DNA of 64,000 nucleotides from the NCBI GenBank assembly GCA_964405235.1, contig CAYONG010000285.1:1552-65551 (forward strand), written 5' to 3'. This document shows positions 1 through 8,414 of this stretch, piece by piece. Source of the stretch: an uncultured bacterium (GTDB lineage Bacteria > Eisenbacteria > RBG-16-71-46). Under the pieces are notes generated by a model that was not told the origin of the DNA, did no database searches, and saw only the letters and a list, made by a program, of their open reading frames with translations. The position numbers and the translations under genes were made by a program. Positions within the stretch are counted from its first letter, which is position 1. The number at the start of each line of letters is the position of its first letter.

Positions 1-1099
1 CCTGCGCACCTGGCTCACGCACTACGAGCAGGTGGGCTCGGTGGTGGACGAGGATGCCCTCACCCGCGCCGTACGGTTCATCCAGGGCAAGGTGTGGGTG
101 GATCGCCTCGAGGCCACGGTCGAGGCCCACATCATGGCTGCGGCGCGCGTGCGCGAGGCATGCGGCATCCCGGGCACCTCGGTCAAGACCGCGTGGCTGT
201 GCCGCGACAAGCCCTCGATGAAGGAGACGCTGCGGGCGGGCGGGGTCCGGTGCGCGCGCTCGACCGGCGCCGCCACAGCCGACCAGGCACGCGCGTTCGC
301 CGCCGAGACGGGGTATCCGCTCATCCTCAAGCCGCGCGATGCCGCCGGCGCCTCGGGGACCCACCGGGTGGACGACGCCGCGGCGCTGGAGGCGGTGCTC
401 TCCCAAACCGAGTTCGATCGGGGCGCGGCATTGGCGGTGGAGGAGTTCATCGAAGGTCACGAGGGATTCTACGACACGCTCGCGATCGGCGGCCGGGTGG
501 CCCACGACTTCGTCACCCACTACTACCCCAACGTGCTCGAAGCGATGCGTACGCGCTGGATCTCGCCCCAGTTCATCGCGACCAACCGCGTGGACACCTC
601 CCCCGCGTACCAGGAACTGCGTATCCTCGGGCAGAAGGTCATCGATCTGCTCGAGATCGGCACCTCGGCCACCCATATGGAGTGGTTCAGCGGATCGAAG
701 GGACTCTACTTCTCGGAGATCGGCTGCCGCCCGCCCGGCGTGCGCGCCTGGGACCTTTACTGCGCCGCCAACGAGATCGACCTGTACGTGGAGTGGGCGC
801 ATGCGGTGGTGCACGGACGAGCCTCGCAGAAGGTGTCGCGGCGCTTCTCGGCCGGGATCATCGCGCTGCGGCCCGACAAGGATGGACGCATCGCGGGATA
901 CGAAGGGGTGGATGCGATCCGCTCCCGGTACGGCGAGTGGATCCTTGATGCCCACCTGCCGCCGGCCGGCACGCCGACGCAGCCGGTCGAGGGCGGCTAC
1001 ATGGCCAACGCGTGGCTGCGCATGAAGCATCCCGACTATGACGAGCTGCGTCGCATGCTCGACGATGCGGGACGCACGATCAGGGTGCGCGCGACATGA
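1..1099 (+). CDS. ATP-grasp family amide-bond ligase (L-amino-acid-ligase / D-Ala-D-Ala-ligase-like); 5' end cut by window edge
   Basis: The frame is open from nt 2 with no stop before the GTG at 32, so the gene probably starts upstream of the window. Translation shows ATP-grasp hallmarks (GYPLILKPRDAAGASG, EEFIEGHEG, HMEWF...YFSEIGCRPPG). GC3 is high. The stop overlaps the next start (ATGA at 1096-1099). Confidence 0.8.
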   Translation, partial: LRTWLTHYEQVGSVVDEDALTRAVRFIQGKVWVDRLEATVEAHIMAAARVREACGIPGTSVKTAWLCRDKPSMKETLRAGGVRCARSTGAATADQARAFAAETGYPLILKPRDAAGASGTHRVDDAAALEAVLSQTEFDRGAALAVEEFIEGHEGFYDTLAIGGRVAHDFVTHYYPNVLEAMRTRWISPQFIATNRVDTSPAYQELRILGQKVIDLLEIGTSATHMEWFSGSKGLYFSEIGCRPPGVRAWDLYCAANEIDLYVEWAHAVVHGRASQKVSRRFSAGIIALRPDKDGRIAGYEGVDAIRSRYGEWILDAHLPPAGTPTQPVEGGYMANAWLRMKHPDYDELRRMLDDAGRTIRVRAT

Positions 1100-2034
1100 G
1101 CGGGCGCATCACATTGCTCGGACCGCAGCGCCTCGCACCGACCCTGGGCGTCACGCTCGAGTCGCTCGGTGTGCCGCCCGACGCCCCGGTCGCCACCGTG
1201 ACCGCGGGCTGGCAGGAGCGCGAGCCCGACGATGCCGAGCTCGACGCGCATCTGAGTGGACGGAGCCTGAACCTCAAGCTCTACCGCCGGGTCGAGCAGG
1301 TCTTCGAGCACGACCGCGAGTTCGAGGTCGGGTTCCGCGTCCGCCAGGAGACGTTGCGGCGACTGCAGGCCCTCTACCGGGTGCGACTCGACGCCGGGCT
1401 CACGGCCTGCAACGCACTGAACGCCATGCCGGGTGACGATGCGCCTCTGGTCGCCGAGCGGGAGGCGGCGCTCGAAGCGTTGCGCGATCTCGATCGCCGT
1501 CACCTCGACCGAGTGCGCCAGGTGCACGACGAGTTCGAGGCCCGCTGGCGGCCGGGCGAGCGCGAGGCGCTGGCGCAGGAACGCACCGCGGTGGGCCGCA
1601 TCCTGGGCGGGGTCGCCGCGCTCGCGATCGCGGGCGGACACGTCGCGGTGCTGCTCAATCGCCTGCGCCTGCTCGAAGTCGGCGCGCCGGCGCGGGCCAT
1701 GACCGTGGTGGCCTGGTCGGCGGGGGCGATGGCGGCGTCCGAACGCGTGGTGCTCTTCCACGACGACCCGCCGCACGGGCCGGGGCACCCCGAGACGTTC
1801 GAGATCGGACTGGGGCTCGCTCCCGGCGTGGTGCCGCTTCCGCTCGCCCGCCATCGGCTCCGCCTTGCCGACACGCGCCGCGTTGCGAACGCCGCGCGGC
1901 GCTTCGCCCCGAGCGACTGCATCCCGATGGACGAGCACGCGAGGCTCGACTGGGACGGCGCGCGCTGGATCCCCGCCGCCGGAACGCGCCGGCTCGGCGG
2001 CGACGGGAACGTGACGAGCTGGAGCGCGGCGTGA
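1096..2034 (+). CDS. Hypothetical protein, peptidase S51-like (cyanophycinase/peptidase E-like) fold suspected
   Basis: ATGA overlap upstream and GTGA overlap downstream. IAGGHVAVLLNRL and VVAWSAGAMAAS resemble the GG-N and G-x-SAGA nucleophile motifs of S51 peptidases. The family assignment is tentative. Confidence 0.55.
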   Translation: MSGRITLLGPQRLAPTLGVTLESLGVPPDAPVATVTAGWQEREPDDAELDAHLSGRSLNLKLYRRVEQVFEHDREFEVGFRVRQETLRRLQALYRVRLDAGLTACNALNAMPGDDAPLVAEREAALEALRDLDRRHLDRVRQVHDEFEARWRPGEREALAQERTAVGRILGGVAALAIAGGHVAVLLNRLRLLEVGAPARAMTVVAWSAGAMAASERVVLFHDDPPHGPGHPETFEIGLGLAPGVVPLPLARHRLRLADTRRVANAARRFAPSDCIPMDEHARLDWDGARWIPAAGTRRLGGDGNVTSWSAA

Positions 2035-3197
2035 GGTTCGCACCCGCAGAGGGGTTCATCCCCTCGCCCACGATCGAGGGCCTGCGCGCCCGCGGCACGC
2101 TGTCCGCCGCCGACCTCGAGGCGTTCCTCGCGGCCCACCGCTTTCCGCTGGTCGAGGGGGCGACTTCGACGTTCGTGTGGCACGGCGGGGCCGACGCGGT
2201 CCACCTGGTCCACATGATCTATGGACTGCCGACCCAGCAGCCGTTCACCCGTCTCGAGGGTACCGATCTGTGGTACCTGACGATCGAGCTGCCGACCCGC
2301 TCGCGGGTCGAGTACAAGATCGCGGTGGTGCAGGGCGAAAACTCGGCGCTGGTCGAGGATCCGCTCAACCCGCTCAGGACCCGCGATCCGTTCGGCGCCA
2401 ACTCGGTGGTCCAGGGGGACGGATACACGACGCCCGACTGGGTGGCGCACGACCCCGAGGCGCGACCGGGCACCTTGGAGGAGTTGGTGCTGCCGAGCGA
2501 GGGCCTCGGGCGCGACGCCCGCGTCACGCTCTACCTGCCGGCACGGTTCCGGCGCACGCGCCGCTACCCCTTGTTGCTGGTCCACGACGGCGGGGATTTC
2601 CTCGCCTACGGGGGGATGAAGACGGTGCTCGACAACCTCTTCCATCGGCTCGATGTGGCCGAGATGGTGGTCGCTTTCCTGCATCCGGGAGAGCGGCTGC
2701 TCGAGTACGCCGACCATCCCGGCCACGCGAGATTCCTGGCCGAGGAGCTGACCCCGCGACTGGAGCGCGACTGGCCACTGAGCGCGGATCCCGCCGAGCG
2801 CGGGATCATGGGGGCGAGCTTCGGCGCCGTCGCCGCGCTCGCAGCTGCCGCCCGCTACCCGGGCCGGTTCGGCCGGTTGCTCCTGATGTCGGGCTCCTTC
2901 GCCTTCACCGACATCGGGCCCAGCCGCCGGGGCCCGGCGTTCGAGCCGGTGGTAAGCTTCGTCAATGCCTTCCGCCGCTCGCCTGTGCGGGTTTCGGACC
3001 GGCTGTTTCTGTCGTGCGGGACCTACGAGTCGCTGATCTACGAGAACCGCTCGATGGTGCCGCTGTTCCAGTCCACCGGCATGGAGGTGCGCTACGTCGA
3101 GGCGCGCGACGGCCACAACTGGGAGAACTGGCGGGACCGTTTGCGCGAGGGGCTGTCGTGGCTCTTCCCCGGCCCGCTGTGGATGATCTATGAATAG
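2031..3197 (+). CDS. Esterase, enterochelin-esterase (Fes)-like: N-terminal Ig-like domain plus PF00756-type alpha/beta hydrolase
   Basis: GTG start overlaps the upstream stop (GTGA). Translation: FVWHG...WYLTIELP...EYKI N-domain, then LLLVHDGGD and the nucleophile elbow GASFGA. Confidence 0.75.
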   Translation: MRFAPAEGFIPSPTIEGLRARGTLSAADLEAFLAAHRFPLVEGATSTFVWHGGADAVHLVHMIYGLPTQQPFTRLEGTDLWYLTIELPTRSRVEYKIAVVQGENSALVEDPLNPLRTRDPFGANSVVQGDGYTTPDWVAHDPEARPGTLEELVLPSEGLGRDARVTLYLPARFRRTRRYPLLLVHDGGDFLAYGGMKTVLDNLFHRLDVAEMVVAFLHPGERLLEYADHPGHARFLAEELTPRLERDWPLSADPAERGIMGASFGAVAALAAAARYPGRFGRLLLMSGSFAFTDIGPSRRGPAFEPVVSFVNAFRRSPVRVSDRLFLSCGTYESLIYENRSMVPLFQSTGMEVRYVEARDGHNWENWRDRLREGLSWLFPGPLWMIYE

Positions 3198-3221
3198 CCG
3201 CTTCCGGCGCGGGGGAACATC

Positions 3222-4577
3222 ATGGCGCTCGTGACACGCAGGATCGGGCTGTCGCTGGGGGCCGATCTCTGCTGGCCGCTTTGCTTCGAAGCGATCATGC
3301 AGCGGCTCGACCTCAAGCTCAAGCTGGGCCGCGACACGGTGCGCTTCGATGTCGATCGGGTCACGATCGAGCCGTTCGACCTGCGCCAGCCGTGCGAGTA
3401 CGACCTGGTCGTGGATCGCCTCACCCACTGGTACGCGGTGAGCCGCGAGTGGATCAAGAAGGCGATCATCCTGGACGGCCTCTACGTGTTCAACAACCCG
3501 TGGTCCATCCAGTCGATGGAGAAGCACACCACCTACTGCGCGATGATGAAGCTGGGCCTGCCGGTGCCCGAGACCTGGCTGCTGCCGCCCAAGGCCTATG
3601 AGCCCAAGGCCGACCTGGAGCCTACCCTCAAGCGCTACGCGCGCCTGTTCGATCTGGCGGATGTCGGCACGCGGCTCGGCTACCCGATGTTCATGAAGCC
3701 CTATGACGGCGGCGGTTGGACCGGCGTCTCGCGCATCGTGGACGAGAAGTCGCTGCGCGCCGCTTACGAGGCGAGCGGCACGCATGTCATGCACCTGCAG
3801 CGCGCGGTCGAACCACACGACCTGTTCGTGCGCTGCATCGGCTTCGGCCCGCAGACGCGCGTGATCCGCTACGATCCGAGCGCCCCGCTGCACGACCGCT
3901 ATACCCTGGACCGCGACGTGCTGCCGGCCGAAGAGGCCGCGGTCATGCGCGACATGACCCTGACCATCAACGGCTTCTTCGGTTGGGACTTCAACTCCTG
4001 CGAGGCGCTGCGCCGCGAGGGGGTCTGGCATCCGATCGACTTCGCCAACGCCTGTCCCGATTCGCAGGTCACCTCGCTCCACTACCATTTCCCGTGGCTG
4101 GTGAAGGCGAATCTCAAGTGGTCCATCTTCTGCGCGGCCACGCGCCGCCCGATGCGACAGAACCTGGACTGGGCGCCCTACTACGACGCCGCGCGGCCCG
4201 AGTTGCCGTATCACGAGCGACTGCGTGCAACAGGGGCGGTGGCAGAACGACACTTCGACACCGCGCGCTTCGATGAGTTCTGCGCCCGGCACCTCCCCCA
4301 CCTCGACGAGGTGGCCTCCGATTTCTTCGCCACCGACGATGCGCGCGAGGCGGTGCGGCTCAAGGTCGAAGCGCTCTATCCCGCGCACGAGGTCGAGCGC
4401 TTCACCGAGTTGTTCTGGTCTCGCATCCAGCGCTGGCGCGATGAGGAGGGCTCAGCGACGGTCAGCGCCGCCGCCGCGATGGACGCGACCCCCGCGACCA
4501 CGGACGTCGCCGCCCCGACGTCCACATCCCCCACCCGCCGCGCGCCGCGCGGGCGGCGCCCGACGAGGACTGCATGA
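3222..4577 (+). CDS. ATP-grasp ligase (RimK / glutathione-synthetase-like), with disordered Ala/Thr/Pro-rich basic C-terminal tail
   Basis: GYPMFMKPYDGGGWTGVSRI nucleotide-binding segment and HPIDFANACPDS. GGGGGAA RBS-like stretch before the ATG. The stop overlaps the next start (ATGA at 4574-4577). Confidence 0.75.
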   Translation: MALVTRRIGLSLGADLCWPLCFEAIMQRLDLKLKLGRDTVRFDVDRVTIEPFDLRQPCEYDLVVDRLTHWYAVSREWIKKAIILDGLYVFNNPWSIQSMEKHTTYCAMMKLGLPVPETWLLPPKAYEPKADLEPTLKRYARLFDLADVGTRLGYPMFMKPYDGGGWTGVSRIVDEKSLRAAYEASGTHVMHLQRAVEPHDLFVRCIGFGPQTRVIRYDPSAPLHDRYTLDRDVLPAEEAAVMRDMTLTINGFFGWDFNSCEALRREGVWHPIDFANACPDSQVTSLHYHFPWLVKANLKWSIFCAATRRPMRQNLDWAPYYDAARPELPYHERLRATGAVAERHFDTARFDEFCARHLPHLDEVASDFFATDDAREAVRLKVEALYPAHEVERFTELFWSRIQRWRDEEGSATVSAAAAMDATPATTDVAAPTSTSPTRRAPRGRRPTRTA

Positions 4578-5299
4578 AAGAGACGACGCGCTGGCATTCC
4601 GACCGGCTGGGCGAGCAGGTGCAGGTGGTGCGCTGGGGCACGTTTGGCAAACCCGTGCTGCTCTTCCCCACCGCCGGCGGCGACGCCGAGGAGGTCGAGC
4701 GCTTCCACATGCTCGACGCGGTCGAGGAGCTGGTCAACGCCGGACGCGTCAAGGTCTACTCGTGCGACAGCGTCGCCGGCCAGTGGCTGGTGGCCGGGCA
4801 GGGTACGCCCCAGCAGCGCTGCCTGATCCAGAACCGGTTCCAGCAGTTCGTCTACCACGAGCTGGTGCCGGCGATCCGCACCGATTGCCAGAGCCCCGAG
4901 ATCGAGATCATCGCCACCGGCGCCTCGATCGGCGCGTTCCACGCGCTCGCCGTGCTGTGCCGCTACCCGGATGCGTTCTCGCACGCCGTCTGCATGAGCG
5001 GGACCTACGATATCGCGCGGTTCATCAAGGGGCCGGCGACCGAGGACCTGCGCGTCGCGACGCCGATCCACTTCCTGCCCGGGCTGAACGGCCCGACGCT
5101 CGAGCGCCTGCGGACGCGCTTCGCCATCCTCGCCTCGGGCGAGGGCCGCGCCGAGGACATGGGCGAGTCGTGGCGCGCGGCCCATGTGCTGGGGTCACGC
5201 GGGATCCCCAACCGGGTGGACCCGTGGGGCAAGGACTGGCATCACGACTGGCCCACCTGGCGGCGGATGCTGCCGCAGTATCTCGACGAGCTCACGTAG
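4574..5299 (+). CDS. Esterase / alpha-beta hydrolase (PF00756-like, single domain)
   Basis: PVLLFPTAGGDAEE and GASIGAFHA (G-x-S-x-G). Translationally coupled to the upstream ATP-grasp gene. Confidence 0.7.
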   Translation: MKETTRWHSDRLGEQVQVVRWGTFGKPVLLFPTAGGDAEEVERFHMLDAVEELVNAGRVKVYSCDSVAGQWLVAGQGTPQQRCLIQNRFQQFVYHELVPAIRTDCQSPEIEIIATGASIGAFHALAVLCRYPDAFSHAVCMSGTYDIARFIKGPATEDLRVATPIHFLPGLNGPTLERLRTRFAILASGEGRAEDMGESWRAAHVLGSRGIPNRVDPWGKDWHHDWPTWRRMLPQYLDELT

Positions 5300-5315
5300 A
5301 GGCGGTGAGCGACCC

Positions 5316-7229
5316 ATGGGCCTACAGAAGACCGAGACCGAGTTCGGAGGCGAGCGGCGGCGCGAGTTCATGCGCTCGATCCTGCGCGATCTGAAGGCGC
5401 TCGAGCACATGCTGAACACCGGCATGATCGAGGAGGGCATGACCAGGGTCGGGGCCGAACAGGAGATGTTCCTGATCGACCAGAGCGGCCACCCGGTGCC
5501 GGCGGCGCTCATCGCGCTCGAGGCGGCGAAGAGCCCGCACTTCACCACCGAGCTGGGCCTGTTCCAGCTCGAGTTGAACCTCGATCCGCAGATGCTCGCC
5601 GGCCACTGCTTCCGGCGCATGGAGGCGCAGCTCGCCGAGCGGCTCACCCACCTCGGCGACGTGCTCGCCCCGCACGGCGTGGGGTTCGTGCTCACCGGCA
5701 TCCTGCCGACGCTGCGCAAGTCGGACCTCGGGATCGAGAACATGGTGCCCAATCCGCGCTACCAGGCACTCAATCGCGCCATGACCGAGATGCGCGGCGC
5801 CGACTACGAGATCGCCATCAAGGGAGTCGACGACCTGCGCATCAAGCACGACTCGGTGATGGTCGAGGCGTGCAACTCGAGCTTCCAGGTCCACCTGCAG
5901 GTCGGAGCGAAGGACTTCGCCCGACTCTACAACCTGGCGCAGGCGCTGGCGGGCCCGGTGCTGGCGGCCGCGACCAACTCTCCTCTGCTGTTCGGTCGCC
6001 GCCTGTGGGCCGAGACCCGGATCGCCCTGTTCCAGCAGGCGGTGGATACGCGCAGCCCCGAGCACCAGCGCGACGTGAGCGCCCGCGTCACCTTCGGCGA
6101 CCGCTGGCTGCGCCGCTCGGTCATCGAGCTCTTCCGCGAGGACATCGCGCGCTTCCGCACCCTGGTCGGGATCGACGCCGGCGAGGACCCGCTCGCCGCG
6201 CTCGAGAAGGGCTCGGTGCCGCAGCTCAAGGCGCTGCGGCTCCACAACGGCACCGTCTACCGCTGGAACCGGGGCTGCTACGGCATCACCGACGGCAAAG
6301 CGCACCTGAGGATAGAGAACCGCGTGCTGCCCTCGGGGCCGAGCGTCGCCGACGAGATGGCCAACGCCGTGTTCTGGATCGGGCTGATGATGGGGTTGGG
6401 CGCGAAGGTCGAGGACATCACGCAGCGGATGGCGTTCGCGCACGCCAAGCACAACTTTCTGTCCGCCGCCCGCCAGGGGCTGGCGGCCCAGTTCACCTGG
6501 CTGGACGGCGAGGAGATCCCGGCGCCCCAGCTCATCACCGAGCACCTGCTGCCGATCGCCGACGAGGGTCTGGCGGCCGCCGGCGTGGACGCGAGCGACC
6601 GCGAGCGCTACCTCGGGATCCTCGAGCGCCGGGTGCGCTCGGGGCGCACCGGCTCGCGCTGGCTGCTGTTCTCGCTCGCCGCGATGAAGGACGAGGGCAC
6701 GCTCGGCGAACGCCTCAACGCGCTGACCATGGCCACCGTCGCCCGCCAGCGCGCGGGGCTGCCGGTGTCGCAGTGGGAGCCCGCCGTGCGCGCCGAAGGC
6801 GGCGGATGGAAGCACAACTACGTCAAGGTCGAGCAGTTCATGACCACCGATCTCTACACCGTGCACGAGGACGACCCGATCGAGCTGGCCGCCCACCTCA
6901 TGGACTGGCATCGCATCCGCCACGTCCCGGTGGAGGACCGCGAGCACCGGCTGGTCGGCCTGGTGTCGTATCGGGTCCTGCTCCGCCTGCTCTCCGACCA
7001 CAGCCCCGAGGGTAAGGCGGCGGCCCTGATCCCGGTCGGCGAAGTCATGCGGCGCGATCCGGTCGTCATCGGCCCCGAGACGACCACCCGTCGCGCCATC
7101 GCCATCATGCGCGAACGCCGCGTCGGATGCCTGCCGGTCGTGCAGGGCAAGACCCTGGTCGGGATCGTGACCGAGCACGACTTCACCGAGATCGCCGGGC
7201 AGCTGCTGGAAGAAAAGCTCGGGCACTGA
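5316..7229 (+). CDS. Carboxylate-amine ligase of the glutamate-cysteine ligase family 2 (GCS2) fused to a C-terminal CBS-domain pair
   Basis: I chose the ATG at 5316 (MGLQKTE...) over the track start at 5184, which overlaps the esterase gene. The GCS2-like body has GAEQEMFLID and FQVHLQV. The C-terminal about 130 aa carry two CBS-like repeats (FMTTDLYTV...HVPVED...LVGLVS and VMRRDPVVI...CLPVVQGKTLVGIVTEHD). Confidence 0.75.
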   Translation: MGLQKTETEFGGERRREFMRSILRDLKALEHMLNTGMIEEGMTRVGAEQEMFLIDQSGHPVPAALIALEAAKSPHFTTELGLFQLELNLDPQMLAGHCFRRMEAQLAERLTHLGDVLAPHGVGFVLTGILPTLRKSDLGIENMVPNPRYQALNRAMTEMRGADYEIAIKGVDDLRIKHDSVMVEACNSSFQVHLQVGAKDFARLYNLAQALAGPVLAAATNSPLLFGRRLWAETRIALFQQAVDTRSPEHQRDVSARVTFGDRWLRRSVIELFREDIARFRTLVGIDAGEDPLAALEKGSVPQLKALRLHNGTVYRWNRGCYGITDGKAHLRIENRVLPSGPSVADEMANAVFWIGLMMGLGAKVEDITQRMAFAHAKHNFLSAARQGLAAQFTWLDGEEIPAPQLITEHLLPIADEGLAAAGVDASDRERYLGILERRVRSGRTGSRWLLFSLAAMKDEGTLGERLNALTMATVARQRAGLPVSQWEPAVRAEGGGWKHNYVKVEQFMTTDLYTVHEDDPIELAAHLMDWHRIRHVPVEDREHRLVGLVSYRVLLRLLSDHSPEGKAAALIPVGEVMRRDPVVIGPETTTRRAIAIMRERRVGCLPVVQGKTLVGIVTEHDFTEIAGQLLEEKLGH

Positions 7230-7232
7230 GCG

Positions 7233-8180
7233 ATGACGGACGCTTCCACCGACGAGTCCACAGCGCTGCCGCGCGTCATCGCTCGACTGCGCGGCGAGGC
7301 GCCGGGACCCACGCTAATCGTGATCGGGGGCCTGCACGGCAACGAGCCCTCAGGGCTCGGGGCGATGCGGAGCGTGGCGGCGGCGCTCGACTCCGAGGGA
7401 CTCGCCCCACGTGGCGAACTGGTGATGCTCGTTGGAAACGTGAAAGCTCTCGCGCAGGGCCGGCGCTTCATCGACCACGACCTGAACCGCGGCTGGACTC
7501 ATGAACGCCTCGCCGCCCTGCGCGCCTCGGGGACGATGGACGCCGAGGACCGCGAGCAGCTGGAGCTGGCGGACGCTCTGGAGTCGGCGCTGGCGTCCAC
7601 GCGCGGCCCGGCCTACCTCCTCGACCTCCACGCGACTTCGGCCGAGGGGATCCCGTTCGCTATGTGTCGCGATTCCGACGAGGCGCGCAGCTTCGCCGCC
7701 GCGTTCCCGCTGACCATGGTGCTGGGGCTGCTCGAGGCGGTGGACGGCACGCTGGCGAGTTTCCTGGGCTCGCGCTGCGTCGCCGTGGCGGTCGAGGGCG
7801 GCCAAAACTCACATCCGGCGTCAGTACGGAATCACGAGGCCGTGGTCTGGTTGTCGCTCGCGGCCACCGGGATCGTCGAGGAGAGTCACGTGCCGGGCCT
7901 GGCCGAGCATCGCGCGGCGCTGGCCCGGTCGCGGGGCGATCTCCCGCGCGTGCTCCACGTCCACCAACGGCACGCCATCGCCCCGGGGGACAGTTTCCGC
8001 ATGGAGCCGGGCTTCGCGAACATCCAGCGGGTCGCCGCGAACGAGCTACTCGCCCGCGACCGCGCCGGGGACATCCGGGCGCCCGAACCCGGATTCGTCC
8101 TGCTGCCGCTTTACCAGGCGATGGGCGACGACGGGTTCTTCCTGGGACGCGCGGTGGCGGAGGAGGCGCGGGTCTCGTAG
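7233..8180 (+). CDS. Succinylglutamate desuccinylase / aspartoacylase (AstE/AspA) family zinc amidohydrolase
   Basis: LIVIGGLHGNEPSG zinc-binding H-x-x-E motif near the N-terminus and DLHA further on. A 3-nt gap after the GCS2-CBS gene makes it the last gene of the operon. Confidence 0.75.
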   Translation: MTDASTDESTALPRVIARLRGEAPGPTLIVIGGLHGNEPSGLGAMRSVAAALDSEGLAPRGELVMLVGNVKALAQGRRFIDHDLNRGWTHERLAALRASGTMDAEDREQLELADALESALASTRGPAYLLDLHATSAEGIPFAMCRDSDEARSFAAAFPLTMVLGLLEAVDGTLASFLGSRCVAVAVEGGQNSHPASVRNHEAVVWLSLAATGIVEESHVPGLAEHRAALARSRGDLPRVLHVHQRHAIAPGDSFRMEPGFANIQRVAANELLARDRAGDIRAPEPGFVLLPLYQAMGDDGFFLGRAVAEEARVS

Positions 8181-8203
8181 CGGCGGCGGTGGGAGAAGCC
8201 GTC

Positions 8204-8226
8204 GGGAGCGCCACGCGGTGCGTGAT
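8204..8226. repeat. 23-nt conserved intergenic motif, copy 1 (GGGAGCGCCACGCGGTGCGTGAT) with palindromic core CACGC-GGT-GCGTG
   Basis: 22 of 23 nt are identical to 22300-22322. Both copies are followed by ACCGCTT(T)C, after a 7-nt insertion in this copy. Confidence 0.5.
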
Positions 8227-8354
8227 TTTGTTCACCGCTTTCTCCGGCGCCGCCCTCGCGAGCGTCACCTTGCGGTTCCCTTGAGTCCCTGTGACCAGGT
8301 CCCCGGGAGGACTCTCACCTCCCCGTCAGTGCCCAAGCTGGGCGTACCAACACG

Positions 8355-8387
8355 CGGCGGCCACCTCCTCATCCAAGGTGGCCGCCG
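8355..8387 (-). terminator. GC-rich hairpin, candidate intrinsic terminator of the giant protease gene
   Basis: The 11-bp perfect stem CGGCGGCCACC (8355-8365) pairs with GGTGGCCGCCG (8377-8387) around an 11-nt loop. It lies 28 nt past the stop at 8415 and has only a weak U tract (CGUGUUGGU) on the minus strand. Confidence 0.35.
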
Positions 8388-8414
8388 GCGATGACTGCCG
8401 TCAGTGCCGCTCTA

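Noticed and set aside
1500-4388. 962-aa minus-strand ORF spanning three plus-strand genes
   Set aside because: It is antisense to genes with clear family motifs (esterase, ATP-grasp). Its translation is Arg/Gly/Ala/Pro-rich low complexity, and its third-codon positions are not GC-enriched. This is a typical shadow ORF of GC-rich DNA. The same reasoning applies to 5322..7226 (-), 25759..27141 (-), 27660..29237 (+), 32823..34487 (+), 50315..51892 (-) and 53625..55010 (-).
5184-5315. Upstream extension of the GCS2-CBS ORF to the track start at 5184
   Set aside because: It would overlap the 3' end of the esterase gene by 116 nt, and its translation is Gly/Arg/Pro-rich. The ATG at 5316 leaves a 16-nt gap and starts a sequence with normal composition.
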